Source: Amoebophrya sp. A120 (Eukaryota > Protista > Dinoflagellata). Taken from it: 64,000 nucleotides of DNA. How positions within the stretch are numbered: the stretch's first letter is position 1; the number at the start of each line of letters is the position of its first letter. Shown here piece after piece: positions 24,854-39,310 of the stretch. A program made the translations under genes and the position numbers. The DNA lies in contig CAJINV010000003.1 of assembly GCA_905178155.1 (NCBI GenBank), positions 10,793,367 through 10,857,366 on the forward strand, read 5' to 3'. The notes under the pieces were generated by a model. That model ran no database searches and was not told the origin of the DNA. It saw only the letters and a program-made list of their open reading frames with translations.

Positions 24854-26164
24854 ATGCCGTCTTTCATCGAGCCGTCATCTGATCAGACCGTCGGATCAGC
24901 AGGGGCCACGACCGCAGCTGCAGCTGGTGTTGATGAACATGAAAATAGTACGACTCCGGGCACGGGCGACGGACAGGAGGCACAGCTGTTGACTCCATCA
25001 TCAACGTCGTCAACCAACAAGTTTAATCAAGGACTCCTGGAGGAGCACCAGCGAGCGAATGGTCTTCTCAAGAAGGAGGAGAATCTTCTTCAGGTGAAAA
25101 AAAGTCCAACCTTTCCCCAAGGACCGGTCTGGCGCGCGCAGATACCCAACATGTGCACGTGCGTCGTGATTCTGTGCGGTTGCTGTTTGATGATCAAGCC
25201 AACACCACTGCCGTATAGTTCTGACTTTCGCCAATGAGTTAGAATTTTGACAGTGTTGACATACTTTGACTTACTTTACAACCCAGCTGCTGCAATGAAG
25301 ACTCGTCCTGGGTAGAAGGGAAAAGAAAGTACATGTACCATCTAGCAATGGGTTGGCTTTATACAACGGCCCTGGTCGAAAAAATAATGAATGACTTACT
25401 TCTCAGGCTAGGCCTGGCGCTCCTCGTTGCTCTTGTTGCCGTTGTCGCGGATATGATGGACGGTTTGCTGGCCCGGTACCTCGATGCCTGTTCCCAATTT
25501 GGGGCAGCTTTTGACCAGCTCGCGGATCTGGCGTGTTTCGGAATCAGCATTGGTGTGTATTTCGTTCAGCACCTAGCACGCGTCGGCAAGGACCCGGAGG
25601 GGCTTCTTTTGCCCATGGCTGGATATATCTACGTCGTCTGTGCCTGTGCCCGCATTGCACGGGAACTGGTCGTCCACAAAATCGCCAAGCCACTTTTTTT
25701 CGTCGGTAAATAAGATGTTTTACAACTATATATCCCGATTACATTTACTTTTACGAAACGAATGCACGCAGCATTTCCGCAGACTAATGTTTTGACGAAG
25801 CACATGCACACGTGGGTTGGTTACGACGAGCACAGGTTGATATATCATTTACGTAGATATTTACAATTTTTATTTTTTCAATTTATTGCTCACGATCACG
25901 ATGAAAAACGTCTTTTTTGCATTTTTAGCATGACCTACTACGAAAGGTATCCCGACGAATCTTGCGGGTCCCCTTGTGATATCCATGTTAATCGTTGACG
26001 AAAGCATGGCTTCGCTTCCTGTCGGCGTCATTGCGACGACAATGGTGGCTTTGTCATGGTTGATGGTGATGCCGATAGAAATACCGAAAGACCTTGGAAC
26101 GGGGGTACTGGGGACGCAAATTCCACGGTTTCCGGTAAAAAAACGAAGCAAAAACTGGTCATGA
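24854..26164 (+). CDS. CDP-alcohol phosphatidyltransferase (PssA-like)
   Basis: IPNMCT; motif DMMDGLLAR..G..FDQLAD; FFVGIPT; GT-AG introns 25213-25406 and 25706-25946. Confidence 0.85.
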
Positions 26165-27219
26165 GGTGCGGAACACAGAGGACAGTGACGCGGTTTCGAA
26201 CACCGCGTCATACAGCGAAGCGCAACACAACCGGAGACAAGAAAAAACTACACAGGCGCACCTTCTCGAAACCGACCACTGCTGGGTCTTTGCTGGACGC
26301 GGCGAATCCTCGGAGCGCGGCTACTTACTTCAATCATATGTTCTTTCGGATGACTCTAGAAGAAGTAACTTTTACCATACTACTAGTCCTCTAACGAAGA
26401 CTTCAAAAAGCCGTCGGGTTCTTTCGATTGACTCATCTTCACCGACGATGGGACGCGGCAAAAAAGTGCACGCATTCTTATTCTGTTTCAGTCAAACTCA
26501 AAGGCGAAACACTGTGGCTAGCGCGTCTCCGCGTTCTACATTTTTTTGTGGTAGAGATTTTACCTTGTCTGCACCCAATCTCTCCTGCACGTGACGCAAC
26601 GGCGCCTCCTGCAGATTTTCAATGGAGCAGTAGACTAGTAGAGTACGCTTCGGCATATTATTGATGAACAATGTCTAATGTGAGAAGTGGGAACGTGTAC
26701 AAAACGCGGTGTGAGAAGTGGGAAACTCACACTGCACAAGTGCCGACTGCTACTGCATCTTACTCGAAACTATTTCGACATGTTGCCATATCGGAGCACT
26801 ATTGCGTTTTTGATTGGAAAGAAGAACTACGGAGCCTAGAATCAAAAAGTCAACTCCACAAATTCGTCTGGAATGGGATGAAATACAATTGTGAACCATC
26901 ATCGGAAGTCGGAGTAAAGGACGACACGACGAATCATTGGAAACATTTGTAGTACGAGTGACAAAGTGAACTTGGCATCATGCACTATGTGAGAAAACTT
27001 GCTGCAGTATTGATCTGTATATTTATGCTTTTGTTGCTGCATGATTTTCGCAGCACTTTCCGGCACCAATGCAACCATGATCATCGACTCAGTTCTTGTT
27101 TTAACCGCTATGATAAATACCCTTCTGCAAAAATGGTGTTCGCAGTTGTTTTCCTCATCTCTCAAAGTGTCGCGATAGTGCGCGTCTTAAGCACAGCGCT
27201 TCAAGTTCAAGTGTTACTT

Positions 27220-27441
27220 GAGTGAGGTAACAAATTCATTCCTTAAGTTACCGGGTAACTTAGCATCCGGCCGGCCGCCGGACACTAGGTTACCCGGTTC
27301 CAGCCGCCAGCCTCCGGGATCCCGGGAGCGGTCCGATCCGCTGGAACGGGCTGGCGGCTGGAATCGGGTAACTTAGCGTCCGGCGGCCGGCCGGATACTA
27401 AGTTACCCGGTAACTTAAGGAATTAATTTGTTACCTCACTC
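27220..27441. mobile_element. 222-bp palindromic MITE-like hairpin
   Basis: Arms GAGTGAGGTAACAAATT...AATTTGTTACCTCACTC, ~90 bp each with few mismatches; no clear TSD. Confidence 0.7.
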
Positions 27442-28030
27442 CGGTTTATTTTTGTTTCACATTGACATCATTCCTTCTGATGGGGATTTCCGGAAAGAAA
27501 GTTATGATAATCGTGGTCGTGTTCATCTCGCGTCGTCGCTCGTTCGTTCGAATCAATCGTCAACTAGAAATGTCTTCGGCATGTTTGTAAAAGTCATTGC
27601 ATGTTTGTAAAAGCCGACGCTATTGCTGGGTGGGTAATCGATACTTATAAGAATAATAATGGATAACTTGTAGAACTAGCCGACTTGTTGTTCTTATGTG
27701 ATACCGCATCGCATTCTCATCTCAACAAAGCAAGATGAATCAAAATCCATTATAGCTAGTTTGTGTCTGTTTCGTGTTTATTGGCAGGAAGTTTATGATG
27801 TTTAAGTTGCAGCTCGATTGATGCTTGCGAGCACTTTTCGTTTTTATCTTCAAGGACAAGGAAAATAAAAAAACATGAAACAAGAGGCCCTGTATGGGTC
27901 TCTCCTTTCCGGTAGTAATGACCTCCAGGTGGAGCACGCCGCCAATTCTTCCTCTTTCATGATCTACATGCAGCTTCATCGACGACGAGGAGCAAAAACA
28001 AGAATCACTTCTTTTTGGCCTATCAAGTGC

Positions 28031-30453
28031 ATGGATCCCGCGGAAACCGAGGTGAAAGATATGAAGACCGCAGAAATGGAGAAGGCGACGGAAGAGTGCC
28101 CTGTCACCGGGCGCGAGCCGGACAATCCAACAAAGTATGAGGTCGACTTGTACGCAAAGCGGGAAGTCGAGAAGGCCGAGGACGAGCTTCACGGCCTGCG
28201 TGAAAAGAGCCGGCATTTCGCCGGTGACAACCGCTTACAGCGCATTGAAACGGCTGCGAAACAGGCCCGGGAGAATGCTATGGCGAAAAACGCAGGGGAG
28301 AAGAAGTTTCGAGAGTCGGATTTTACGGTGGAAAAATTCGTGCGGGGAATTCCGCCCTGGTTGCAGAGCAAGCCCGGAATGATGAAAAAAGACGAGACAA
28401 CTCCGATGCCGGACCACTGCAAGAACAAAATGAGACTGTATGACGCGGAATCAAAGGTTTCAAGAAATCAAAACAAATGTTTTCATTTTTTGAATAACGA
28501 GACAAAATGCTAACTCTAACATCATGATGTAACCAGCCAATAAGTGCGACCACACCAGCACGTCATTCGTTCCTGCTGAAGGAGTGGAAGTATTGTGGTC
28601 TACCAGTAGACCATTAACAGTATGTCCCATCGCGTGACAATTATCCTATCCAGCAGGTGTATTGAAGATTGTCGTTCCATGTCGTCGCGATTCGCCCTGA
28701 CACAACTGAACTGAAGACGCCAAATCAATCTAGAACAAGCAAAGTAAAAGTTGAAACACAAAAAATCAATCACAGGTGACCTCGCGCCAATCTCTGAATG
28801 ATATGAGAGTGCACAAGAACTCAACAAACTCATTCGACGTGTGGCATTACTTAACATAAAAAAGCGCATGAAATAGAAATTGTGGACTGGGCATGAGAAG
28901 TTGACTTAGAACGAGGGGGAGTTGTGCACTCGCATAAACGATGCTGACCCGGTAGACCTCGAGCTGCGCATGACGGACATGGCAACACACGCCTACTACA
29001 TGTGGGTATGGAAGCGTCAGGATCGAAGTTGACAAGTGTGGAAATAGAACTTGCGATACCAATAGTTTGGCCCCCGTCAATTTCTAAGAACAAGCGCATC
29101 ACAACCAAAACCCAGTTTGACATACTGTCTGGGACAAAGAAGACTGGTCTTGTCATGCTCCGTCGCAGCTCTAATATTAGTAATATGTATAACCCTAGGC
29201 AGTCTTCCACTTGGCCTAGTTTGCCTGCTCTCTATCTGTGTCTTGCGCTTTATGCATATCACTTTTTTTTCTTTTTCAGCTATGTCGATCTTGATCCTGA
29301 TGGTTCCATAGTGGGGCCAGGCCAAATACCTCCTTTCCCTGGTAGCCATGCACTATGCCATGCAAAGATGTCTTGTGGAAGGTCGGAGACGGACGAGACA
29401 TGAAAAACCATGCATGGCCAGGAGCGTTGATTGATATTTGGTCATGGTCTCGTGACAATGGCACTATTCCTGTAAAGAACATTTCCGATGTCGAAGTTTC
29501 CCCCGAAATGCTGCGCTATAATTTTTCGCTCTCTGTCATGCGGGGGCAGTGCAGCTTGTCATGCGTACGAAGACGAAGAAACAAAGAACAAGAACACGCG
29601 CAACAAGGCGTACAGCTGGTCGCTCGAAAAATCCTCGTGCACATTGCCAGTCGCTGCGCACTAGTATACATCGCTTTATGTCGAAGTGTATCTGTTCTTG
29701 CGGTCCTTCTTCTTGTTGCACCTATGTATGATAATTTTTTTTATTCGTCAATCTTCAGCTTTCGGTTTTGCCACACAGACCAACATACAGGCAGATTTGC
29801 AATGGAATCGCGCTCTCCACAAGCGAAAATGGCTCGGAACCTGGAAAATGTCGCGCACGACGTATCCCGAGAAAGGACCTCATCCCTATCCAAATTCGTT
29901 ATCACAAACATGAAGTACCAGATGCTGGCTTCGGTCAACATGCAAAACATCAGCTCCCCGTTGAGTGGATCCTCAGGATAGCATATGGCGCAGGTGCTCC
30001 TGGGAGATGAAAAAGGCCATTCCATGATGATCGTGATAAGGATGCAAAAATGCATAAGGGCGGGCTTTTCTTTTTTTTTTCTGTGGATACGCAGCCTACG
30101 AGTCCTCCATCAGGGTGATAAAGGCCGCCGGTATTCCCCGGATGAAGACGAGCCCGTATCTGCCACTGTACGAAACGGGCGTCAAAAAAGCCGGCTTTCT
30201 CGACACGGCAAACCCAACAATCGCGGAAGCTGTACTACAGCTAGCGACTTGTAGGCGCGGCACGACAGAAAAAATTGACGGCACAGGAGATGAGGACGAG
30301 CGCAGCAGGAGAATGAATCAGAGCAAAACAGCACTCAGTGTCTTCATTTCTACACAGTATCACTCATCCTCGCCACAAGAAGCTCTTCATGGAAAGCTAC
30401 AGGAAGAGAGAGGCCTATCGCTATCTGGTTTCGAGGTCGGCGTTTTTTTCTAA
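28031..30453 (+). CDS. Hypothetical multi-exon protein (middle exons uncertain, possible frameshifts)
   Basis: Exon 28031-28456, GT-AG intron 28457-28775, micro-exon VTSRQSLND, non-canonical intron 28801-28940, exon ADPVDLELRMTDMATHAYYM; probable GT-AG intron 29994-30094. Confidence 0.55.
28801..28940 (+). other. Non-canonical stem intron, introner family member, 140 nt
   Basis: A-TATGAGAGTGCACAA...TTGTGCACTCGCATA-AACG; DR GAT; in-frame join. Confidence 0.75.
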
Positions 30454-31689
30454 GTACATAGATACGTATCAAACAGGATGAGGCTCCCTTTTCGATTCGA
30501 ATTATAATTCTGCGCATTTCTATTTCTCTACAACCGGAAAAGCTTGTGTATGGTGCACAAAGTGATTGTAAATAGAAGTACTTGATTTACCTTCAATATG
30601 TGGACGCCGGTGCAGCCCGTGTGCGCAGTCCCTGCTGCGCAATCGCCAATGTCCTGTCGCAGCGAAACTAGGTGTGAAGCAAAAAATACGTCATGGCTTG
30701 TTGATGTGTTTCAATAAAATAAGCCGTACTAGTACTTGAGAGAGGAGCACCTTCTTTGGCAACCTGCTTCTTGTTCGTTGATTCCGCTTACGTTCCCGTA
30801 GTTTTGACTTTAAGTAGATTTTGAATTCACAATAAAAAAACGCGAGGGGTTCTGTAGTCGCTTGCTGTGGTAGATTTGCAAGGCGTATTAACATCGGCAC
30901 GGCGACCCATGTGTAAGCATAAGCTTCACAAATGTGTGACCAAAATTCGTTGAAGTAAAATAATTTCGTAGACGTTCGAGAGAGAGAGTAAACCCGTTGC
31001 ACTCGCTGCATTAAACAACATCCTTTTTTTGGCCGCATCTACTACCTCTAACTATGCTTTCCGAGAGTCCAGCATTGATCGTAGCTTTTCTTCGCCGTGA
31101 TCGTCGGGATGAGTTATTAGAAGGGGGCACTTCGTATCCTTTAACCTGTTGCTGAACTCTGCTGACATGTCGTGATGCGCAGTTGTCTTTTTTCTTGGCC
31201 GTGCAGTCCTTCTCGTAGTGGTAGCAATGCCGCTTTAAAAAGCTGGAGGCAGGAGAACCAGGCACGTAGCACGTCCGTGGCCCCGTTGTCCCACACAAAA
31301 GGATTTCTTCGAGCGCACGATAAGAATATCTTGAAAAACTACCAGGATTTTTTTTGCTAATCGGGGAAGGGGATATTACTCAAGTAGAGCAGTTGTAGAA
31401 CAAAAGAACAGGGGTGATACACAGGAATAGTCGACTTCAGAGGCATCGCACTTCTCGTCACTAGAAGTTAAAGCTTGAAAACAACATGCGCGCTCCAACA
31501 AACCCACGCGCCAGCTCATTCGACGCACAGCGCTATTACTCGAATGGCGGAGCCGCGCGGGCGTCGATGCCCGGGGGACTCGGGGCTGCCGTTTCTTCGA
31601 GTACTTCGCCTTTACTTTCATCCCGAGTTTCGAATAATGTTATGTAGTGAGGTCACGAACGTTCTAATCTAGCGATCTTTTTGACAGGC

Positions 31690-32420
31690 AGTGCGCAAAA
31701 CGACCGGCAGTTTTCAAGCGGCCGGAAGTGTTTTTGGACAAAAAAAATTTTCAATTATCAAGCGGCCGTGGCTTTGCCAACAAACAAGCCCGGGCGGATT
31801 CTATCGGTTCGCACTGGATAAAACGACGCAGGGGAGCCGGCAAAAGGGACGCCCTTCCGAGGCGGCTAGCGCACCTATTTCCGCCGATTTAGGGCGCCCA
31901 AAAAGGGGCGCCCAAAAATTGGCGGCGGGAAAAAGAAAGCGAAGCCGCGTGCTATGGGCACCATTTTTGCCCATTTTTCGAGGCCGCAGAGCCGGCCACC
32001 AAAGTCGGGCACTTGTAAGGCGGGGGGCAGTCCAAAAGTTGCCACTTTTCAACAAAAAAAAACAAAAAGCGGAAAGCTCGCCAAAAGCTAAAAGCTCACC
32101 CGCATGCTATGGGCCCGATTTTGGGGGCCCATGGGGGTGGGCCTCGTGGAGGCCCTGGGGTGGCTATAGCAGGCGGGAAAGCGTTTCGATTCAGGGAAGC
32201 GCTTCAGCAAAAAAAAGCCAAAGGACGCAAATCCCGCCAAAAGCAGCAAGCCAATCCGCATGCTATGGGCCCGATTTGGGGGGCCCACAGGGCCGACCCT
32301 GGCGGAGGCCCTTGTGGGGCCATAGCGTGCGGGAAAGCGTTTCGCCTCTGAAAAGAGCGAAAAGACCCGGCGCCGTCCAGTCAAAAAGACCCTGCGTGAC
32401 CTCACTACCCCCGCCTCGGC
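31690..32420. repeat. GC-rich/A-tract segment with two tandem ~157-bp units, each a self-complementary hairpin; probable non-autonomous element
   Basis: CCGCATGCTATGGGCCC...ATAGC(A/G)(G/T)GCGGG at ~32099-32177 and ~32257-32333; abrupt composition change relative to the flanks. Confidence 0.6.
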
Positions 32421-32596
32421 GGCTATATTTGGCAACGTTAATCTTAATTTCCATTTTGCTTTTCATCCTCACGTCTGTCAGCACTAGTAGAAGTTCGTTT
32501 CTTTTTACAACTTGCAGTACTCCTAATTGTAGTAGGCATTAAATACTAACCTTGTGTTGTCGCTAAATAAAGCTATGTCAGCTAGTACGACACACC

Positions 32597-34099
32597 ATGA
32601 TGAAGCAGAAACATCAAGAAATCATTGGTGCAGGTCCGTCGCAAGTTCAGCGATCAAGTATGGGCCTTTCGCGCTCTGGTAGCATGGCCGGTTTATCCCC
32701 ATCAAAAGCCGCAAACCGTCCGAATGCCTATGGTGGGGCAATGACACACTCCCAGCGGAAGGAAAACGCACGGAAGGCCAACATGTCCAACTCCCAGGCG
32801 TTCAAGCAGCAACAGGAGGAGCGAGAGAAGAAACCCAAGATCGTGTTTCTTGACGTGGACGGAGTATATTTTTAATGCCGTTCTTCTTTCTACATTGAAG
32901 ACATTGTTCACTTCTTTCCAACGTCAAAGACTACAACTGCTTTCATTGCACATGATTTTTGAGTCTGCATTTTTTGTTGGCGTCTGTATTCGATTTTGTG
33001 CATTTAATGTTTCCGCACACCGAAGGCAAGAACGCAGGGAAAGTTGCAAATCAGGTAAGGCGCAGCTGCGGATGATCCACCACATTCGCATGAAGGTCTT
33101 CTGCTACTTACATACACTTGTTACACAGTCACTGTCAAGGGGAAAAATATTAAAGCAAATGAAAACCAGGTTCTCCACTCAATTCGCGTGACGCGACAAG
33201 AGCAGCTATTCAACGCACAGAAGATGGGCCTGCTTCGCAGAATACTCCAAGCGTCCGGCGCGTCAATCGTTCTCTCGTCCGCTTGGCGAAGAACTCCGCC
33301 AACGCTACGCATGGCATACCAAATGTTGGCCAAACACGGCATAGAAACGCCGATCGACATTACGCCGGATTTTGGTATCTGCGGGAAACGGTCCGCGGAG
33401 ATCCTAACTTGGGTGGATAAATATCAAATCAAAGGTACCTACGTACCGCTACTTATGCTTTTTCTTCAGGGTAATCTTCATCTTGTTCATGAGTTTTTTT
33501 AGAGGTGGAGCCTTCATCTTTCTACCATCTACGGTGTGACGATAAAAAAATTGCGCGAATTGATTCGATGACGCAAGTTGTACAGAGCAAGAAGGAGGAG
33601 CATGCAATACATAATTTCAGATTGGATCGCCATTGACGATATGGATCTGAACGCCGGCGAGCCGCGCATGCGACCGCATTTCATCAAGTGCAATCCGCTG
33701 GTTGGTCTGACGAGCGACCTCGTTGAGCAGTCTATCAACATTCTGAACAGAAACGATTGCGCTGTCGAGATCCCTACCGGAACGAGCATCTTGACTAACG
33801 CGGTGAGCAGCACCAGCCTCGTCGGCGGCCCAGGAGCAGCTTCTCAGGCCGAGGACGGAGCGAGCGGGGCGCCGCCGAGCGGTCTCCCGAACGGCGCCAG
33901 TCGACGCGTGGTTAGCCCTTCTCTGAACTCTTCCGTCGCGAACGGGGGCGCAGCGTCGTCTCCTGCGAAGCAGCAGCATCTCCGTGCTGGGATTCATCAT
34001 CTGCCGACGACGGGAACTGGCGGGTCGTCCGGCAAACTCAAATCCTCTTCTTTTGCGGACCTCAAGCACACCGCGAAGCCACTCATGGCTCGCGTGTAA
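32597..34099 (+). CDS. HAD-family protein (Swiss Army Knife RNA-repair-like HAD domain)
   Basis: IVFLDVDGVL, IVLSSAWR, RSAEI, WIAIDD, VGLT; GT-AG introns 32864-33169 and 33435-33620. Confidence 0.85.
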
Positions 34100-36157
34100 C
34101 AAGGCCCGCGCCCGTTGTGGTTAAGGTTATGCTTATGTTGCGAGATGACTAATAAATAGGACTGAACAATTTTTTGATGGCGGTAGGACGCTACAACTAG
34201 AACTCCTGCCTGCTGATGGGATTTTTTCGCGTTTGTCATCGCAAACATGATGTTGTCGCTGCTTGCATCCTTGTCTAGCATGATCAAGATGTTGATGTTG
34301 AAACGCTATCTCAAACCGGGGATCTCGCCAAGAAATAATTTGCTTCTCAGATGCGTACTGTTCATCTTCTGATTTACAATTTTTACTTTAAGGAGAACTC
34401 TTCCGCTCGTCATGACTCAAAAAGACGAGAGTAGGGCCATCTTTCTTCGACTTTGTATTTATTGGTTACTTGTAGTTTCACATTGTTTCGTATTTCCAAA
34501 AACAAATAAGAACTCTGTAGTTGTTGTATGCATAGCTTCTGAAGGATTACTAGTCTATTTATGATAACATGGTCAAAAATGTATACCACTTTTTATTTGG
34601 ATGCGGAAAACAGTTCTTGCTACTTTACCAAAACCTCAACTGTATATATGCATTTCTTCACCCGATTTCGCTAAGATTTTCAATCAAAGCAGCGCTCTCT
34701 TCGCTTCTTTATTACCGGGATATCATCGACCTTTTTTCGACATCGGCTCGAGGATGAAGTGGTTGCGCTATAGTGCGTAATTTCAACGACGTGACGACTC
34801 GCCTTCTGTCTGACGTCAAGAACCTCAACAACAAGAGCACTGCCACTTTGTTTCTACCCTTGTTTCGTAAACCCTGTAAAATTTTGGTTCTGGGAACATT
34901 TCACTCCGACTCTATCCGAGCGTTAGTGCCCGTATTCACCCTTGCCGTTTTGTCGAAAAAGTAAGACACAGCTTGTCGCTTGCGAGCGGTGGCATCAGCG
35001 CTAGCCCGACAGCTACATGATGCGGTCCTGATGTACTTCAATATCTTTATCTTATTGTGATGTTCTAAATGTATCGCCATCGTATACACAGTGTAGTGAA
35101 AGAATTGAGATTGACTTGCAAACAAAAGATACAACTTTCGATCTGCCTGAGCAAGTCGATGAGTCGGTTTCGTAGCGTGTATGTCATGTAGCGTCGGTTG
35201 TCATCGATGTAGCATTGTGAAAGTGCCCAGATCATCATGTAGAGAGAATTCATTACGCCATCGATTCGGTCTATCGTATCCCTATCAACATCGGTTTCCG
35301 TCATCTCGCGAGCTCGTTCGATTCGCACTTGAGAGAAAGCGTGAGCTCAAGAAGGCCTCCTGGCCTTTCGTTGATCTTCGTCCTTTTACGGGCCTACAGC
35401 TCGTCCTAACTTTCTCGGTCGTCTGATGCAATCTCGTTCTGAGTGACAACTCCGTGCGTCGTCATCGTCCTGCTCCGTGCACTAATCGAGGTGCCGGCTT
35501 CCCTTGCAAAAAACCAAGACCTCAGCGATTACCACTTGGCTTCAAAAGTAATGAGATTGAAATTATGAAGCTGAAAACTCACTCAGTTTTTTCTGTAACA
35601 CCCACCAAATCGAATACATTACTCCTTCTGCCCCCAGAGCATCAAATTGCTTTCTTAAGTACTCAAATAAAAAGATGTGACTTCTCCCGATTTTATTCTG
35701 ATATTGGTCAAAGGTGGTACGCGAGATTGACGCATTGAAATAAGAATAAGTACCAGTGTGTATTGCAGGACGAGGCGAAGTGTAACGTTAATAATTGTAC
35801 TTACAATTTACAACCTCTAGCTGCAACCATTACTCGAGCGACGGATCTGCTTGAGCGAAAGTATTCCGTTGCTTGAGCGAAAGGTATTCCGAGGCAACCA
35901 CCAAGCTAGTTGCTTGGCCTTCAGCCTATTTCTTATTTTCACGATTTCTACACCGCGCATCAGTTCTGTTGTTTTCGTTTTGTCAGACCGACGCATTGAC
36001 AAACACGCTGCACCAGAACAGTTTTGATGTTCGAGAGAGAATATTAAGGCAACTTACTTCTTCCGACGAGCACCAGCAGCTAGGACCAGTCAGTTTCATT
36101 GATCTTCTAGGAAAAGGACGCATAGTATTCGTTTGTTTCTAGTTCTGCGAAGCCAGC

Positions 36158-39100
36158 ATGCCTTCCCCAACTAATGCGACACCACGAAGTGCGCGGGACC
36201 AGCACGAGCGCGAGAAGATGTTAAGCTCGCGCGCCGATGCGAGTATCGCGGCGGGTCGGCGGCACAGCATGCGGTGGCGCGTCCTGGCGATGACCTGTGT
36301 GGGCCTCTTATGGCTTTCTCAAACGCTACGCTGATCGCTGTTACATAGTTTTTCTGTTTTTGTCGCACAGAAAAACTAAAATACACTAGCCCACTGCCAC
36401 TTCAAACGGACACGAAGATAAACATAAAGCATCGTGCTTGCATGACATCAAGGCCCTCGCGAGGACTTGCTCAACAGTATTGAAGAAATCTTATCTAAAC
36501 ACAAAAAAAATGTACCGGAAGACGCAAAAAACTCTCGGCAGTTTCGCTTTTCCTTTGCATGACGTCGTGACAGCGATTCATGTAAAAACGGTTGAGAACG
36601 CTATATCTGTTTGGGCAATTTTATGCGTACGACAATCCGTCCACGCTATTCAACGCCATGAAACAACGCTTCGGGCACGACGAGCACTTTGACATCCACT
36701 TCAGCATGCTCTACTCGCTCTACAGCTTCCCCAACATTGTGCTCCCGCTCGTCTGCGGCATCCTCATTGACCGAGTTGGCATTAAGGTAAAAAGTACAAC
36801 ATCTTCCACTTTTATTTCGTTGTTTGCGTATGACGAAAATAGAAATACTAATTTCATCAAAGATTGTTTGCTTGGTGCTTTGTCAGAGCAAAGCGGATGC
36901 TGAGCTGTCATTCAGCTACGGCTCACTCATGATTCGAGGACGACCTCGACTTGCTCACAACTATTTATCGAACACAAGAAAAAGAATGAAGCGTGATCGT
37001 GAAGATCGTGAAGGAGTGACAAAGACGTTTATATTTCAGTAGCATGCAGCGACGACGATGGATGACGATCACCATCTGCATCTCATCACGATTATTCTCT
37101 TTAGAAGAGGACTCAGACTCCTGACAGGAGAAAGACACAAACATATTGAATAATGTGACACTTTTTCTACAACAGGTGAGCGTGCTTGCGCTAGCTACGT
37201 GTGTAGTCACGGGTGCGGGACTGGTAGCTTTGGGCTGCAGGGCAAACTCTTGGACACTGATGCTATGCGGCCGCGCGCTATTCGGAATCGGTGGTGAAAG
37301 TCTGCAAGTGGCACAGAACGCACTCCTCTTCTCGTACTACAGTTGATTTCAGACTATTTCCATGCTGTTGCATTTCTTTTGGTTTGTTTCCTCGCTGCAA
37401 CTCTCTCCATGTGGTCGATTCGGCGCAGAGGAATACGAATATGACGATAGTGATATTAGATCAGAGGAAATAACGACGAGAAAGTCCCAGTGTTTTCAAA
37501 TCTGTCCTCTACCAGCATATGTACTATTCATCTTGCGTTCTTTGTGAAAATGAGGTGAAAAAGCCAACGGCCTTGTCGTCTTCTCTCTAGGTACTTCGAG
37601 GGGGCTGAAATCGCGTTGGCGCTGGGCTTGAATTTGAGCATTGCACGCATGGGAAGCTCGGTGAACGCCATTGTGACTCCCTGGATTGCCACACTGACCA
37701 ACAACGACCCTGTGATTCCGTTCTTGGTGGGGTTTGTGCTGTGTGCCATTTCCGGTCTCGCAAACTTCGGGTCCGTCTGGGGCGAGAAGCTGACGAAGGC
37801 GGCCGATGATGATGAAGAGGTGTCGCTGGGAATGATCACCAGGCTACCCAGGCACTTCTGGTACCTGTGCGCCCTGTGCGTGCTCATGTACGGGGCAATT
37901 CTTCCCTTCAACAACATCGCTCAACCGCTGTTCGTGGCAACGTACTCCTTGTTATCTTCTTTCTCTTTGCAGTATCAGATTCAGAAGGCAGCATGTCGAT
38001 AGGATAGTTGATTGTCATTTTGGTTTTTCAACGCTTCGCAGGAATGTTTCTCATGCACAGGGTTCCATCTTCTGTTTGGTTTTCGTGGATGCATTGTGCA
38101 CAATAAGCGTCACGAAAGAACAACTCCCTCAAGGCTCATAAATACTAAAATCACAGGACCTACAGCAATGAAGAAGTTGCAGTTGGAAGCGCCCACGCTT
38201 CTCGTGCGGCCGCGTGGATGTTTATCATCAGCGCTTTCGCGACCCCAATTTTCGGGCATTTCGTTGACAAGTTCGGGCAGAGAACGATTCTGCTTGCTGC
38301 GAGCGCGACCATTTTGGCGTTTACTCACGGCATGATGCTGATGCTAAGCCCCTACATGGCCAGCTTTCAGCTCGGCTCCGTCTACACCGTTTTCGCTGCG
38401 GCGCTGTGGCCGAGCATTGCTCTCACGGTCGCGAAGAACTGCCTCGGCACCGCATATGGCGTTACGGTCTCACTGCAAAACATCGGCTTGGCTCTGATTC
38501 CCTTGCTGGTCGGAGACCTACAGCAGCGAACGGTATAGCTATTGCAATTAGATAAGTTTTTAGTTTAAGAAAAAAAATGGGATAACTAATGGTCGGCATC
38601 TGTTCGCTTCCCTTGTCTTAGTTTGCTCTTCTTGCTGCACATATAATGCTTTATGCTCTTCTTGCTGCCTTTGGCTGTGCATTTTGGTCTTCATTTGATC
38701 ATGTTGCACGAATTGCTAGTTGAAAGCAAGAGCAAGGAACTGCTTACCCTTTTCATTTTCTCAGAGTCAGTGTGTGGATGAAAGTTTGTCTTGGTTTCTC
38801 GAACCTGAAGGACAAGATCAAGAAACACTACAAAGGTCCACAAATGAGGTACACGATGTCAACATGGTCATCTTATATAACATGGGCAATATGATCCTGA
38901 TCATCAATTTTGTCCTCTCACTTGTTCCCATTTCCTTATCTTGCGTTATGAATGGCATAAAACAGGAGGGGCCAAGCGTGACAGAAGAGCAGAAGCTTGC
39001 GGGGTACGGAGAAATCGAGAAATTTTTCACGTTTATCGGCCTCGTCTCTACTGGTATTGCGTGGGCGCTGCACTTCGAGGCTGGGCCGCTGAGCCCGCTC

Positions 39101-39310
39101 GTTCTCCCAAGCGGCGCTGCTGTCAAGGGCGCGTCCCCGAGAAGTAGGAAGCAAGAACATGACGACGTGGAGGACGACAGCACTCTAGGAACGGAGATCA
39201 GACCAATACTAACTCCGAAGAGTGCGACTAAAAACGCCATGATGAAGCAGGGGAACAAATACGGTGCCGACAGTACCACAGCATCAGACTATGGGAGTTC
39301 GAGCTCTTGA
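36158..39310 (+). CDS. MFS transporter, MFSD1-like, 6 exons
   Basis: RW.VL..TC..LFGQFYAYDNP, LYSLYSFPNIVLP, GRALFGIGGESL; introns 36308-36609 (non-canonical) and 36787-37175, 37334-37590, 37942-38156, 38533-38965 (GT-AG). Confidence 0.9.
36308..36609 (+). other. Non-canonical stem intron in the MFS gene (T-TAT...ATA-TCTG), 302 nt
   Basis: Restores CVGL|FGQFYAYDNP; IR TATGGCTTTCTCAAACG / CGGTTGAGAACGCTATA plus an inner helix. Confidence 0.8.
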
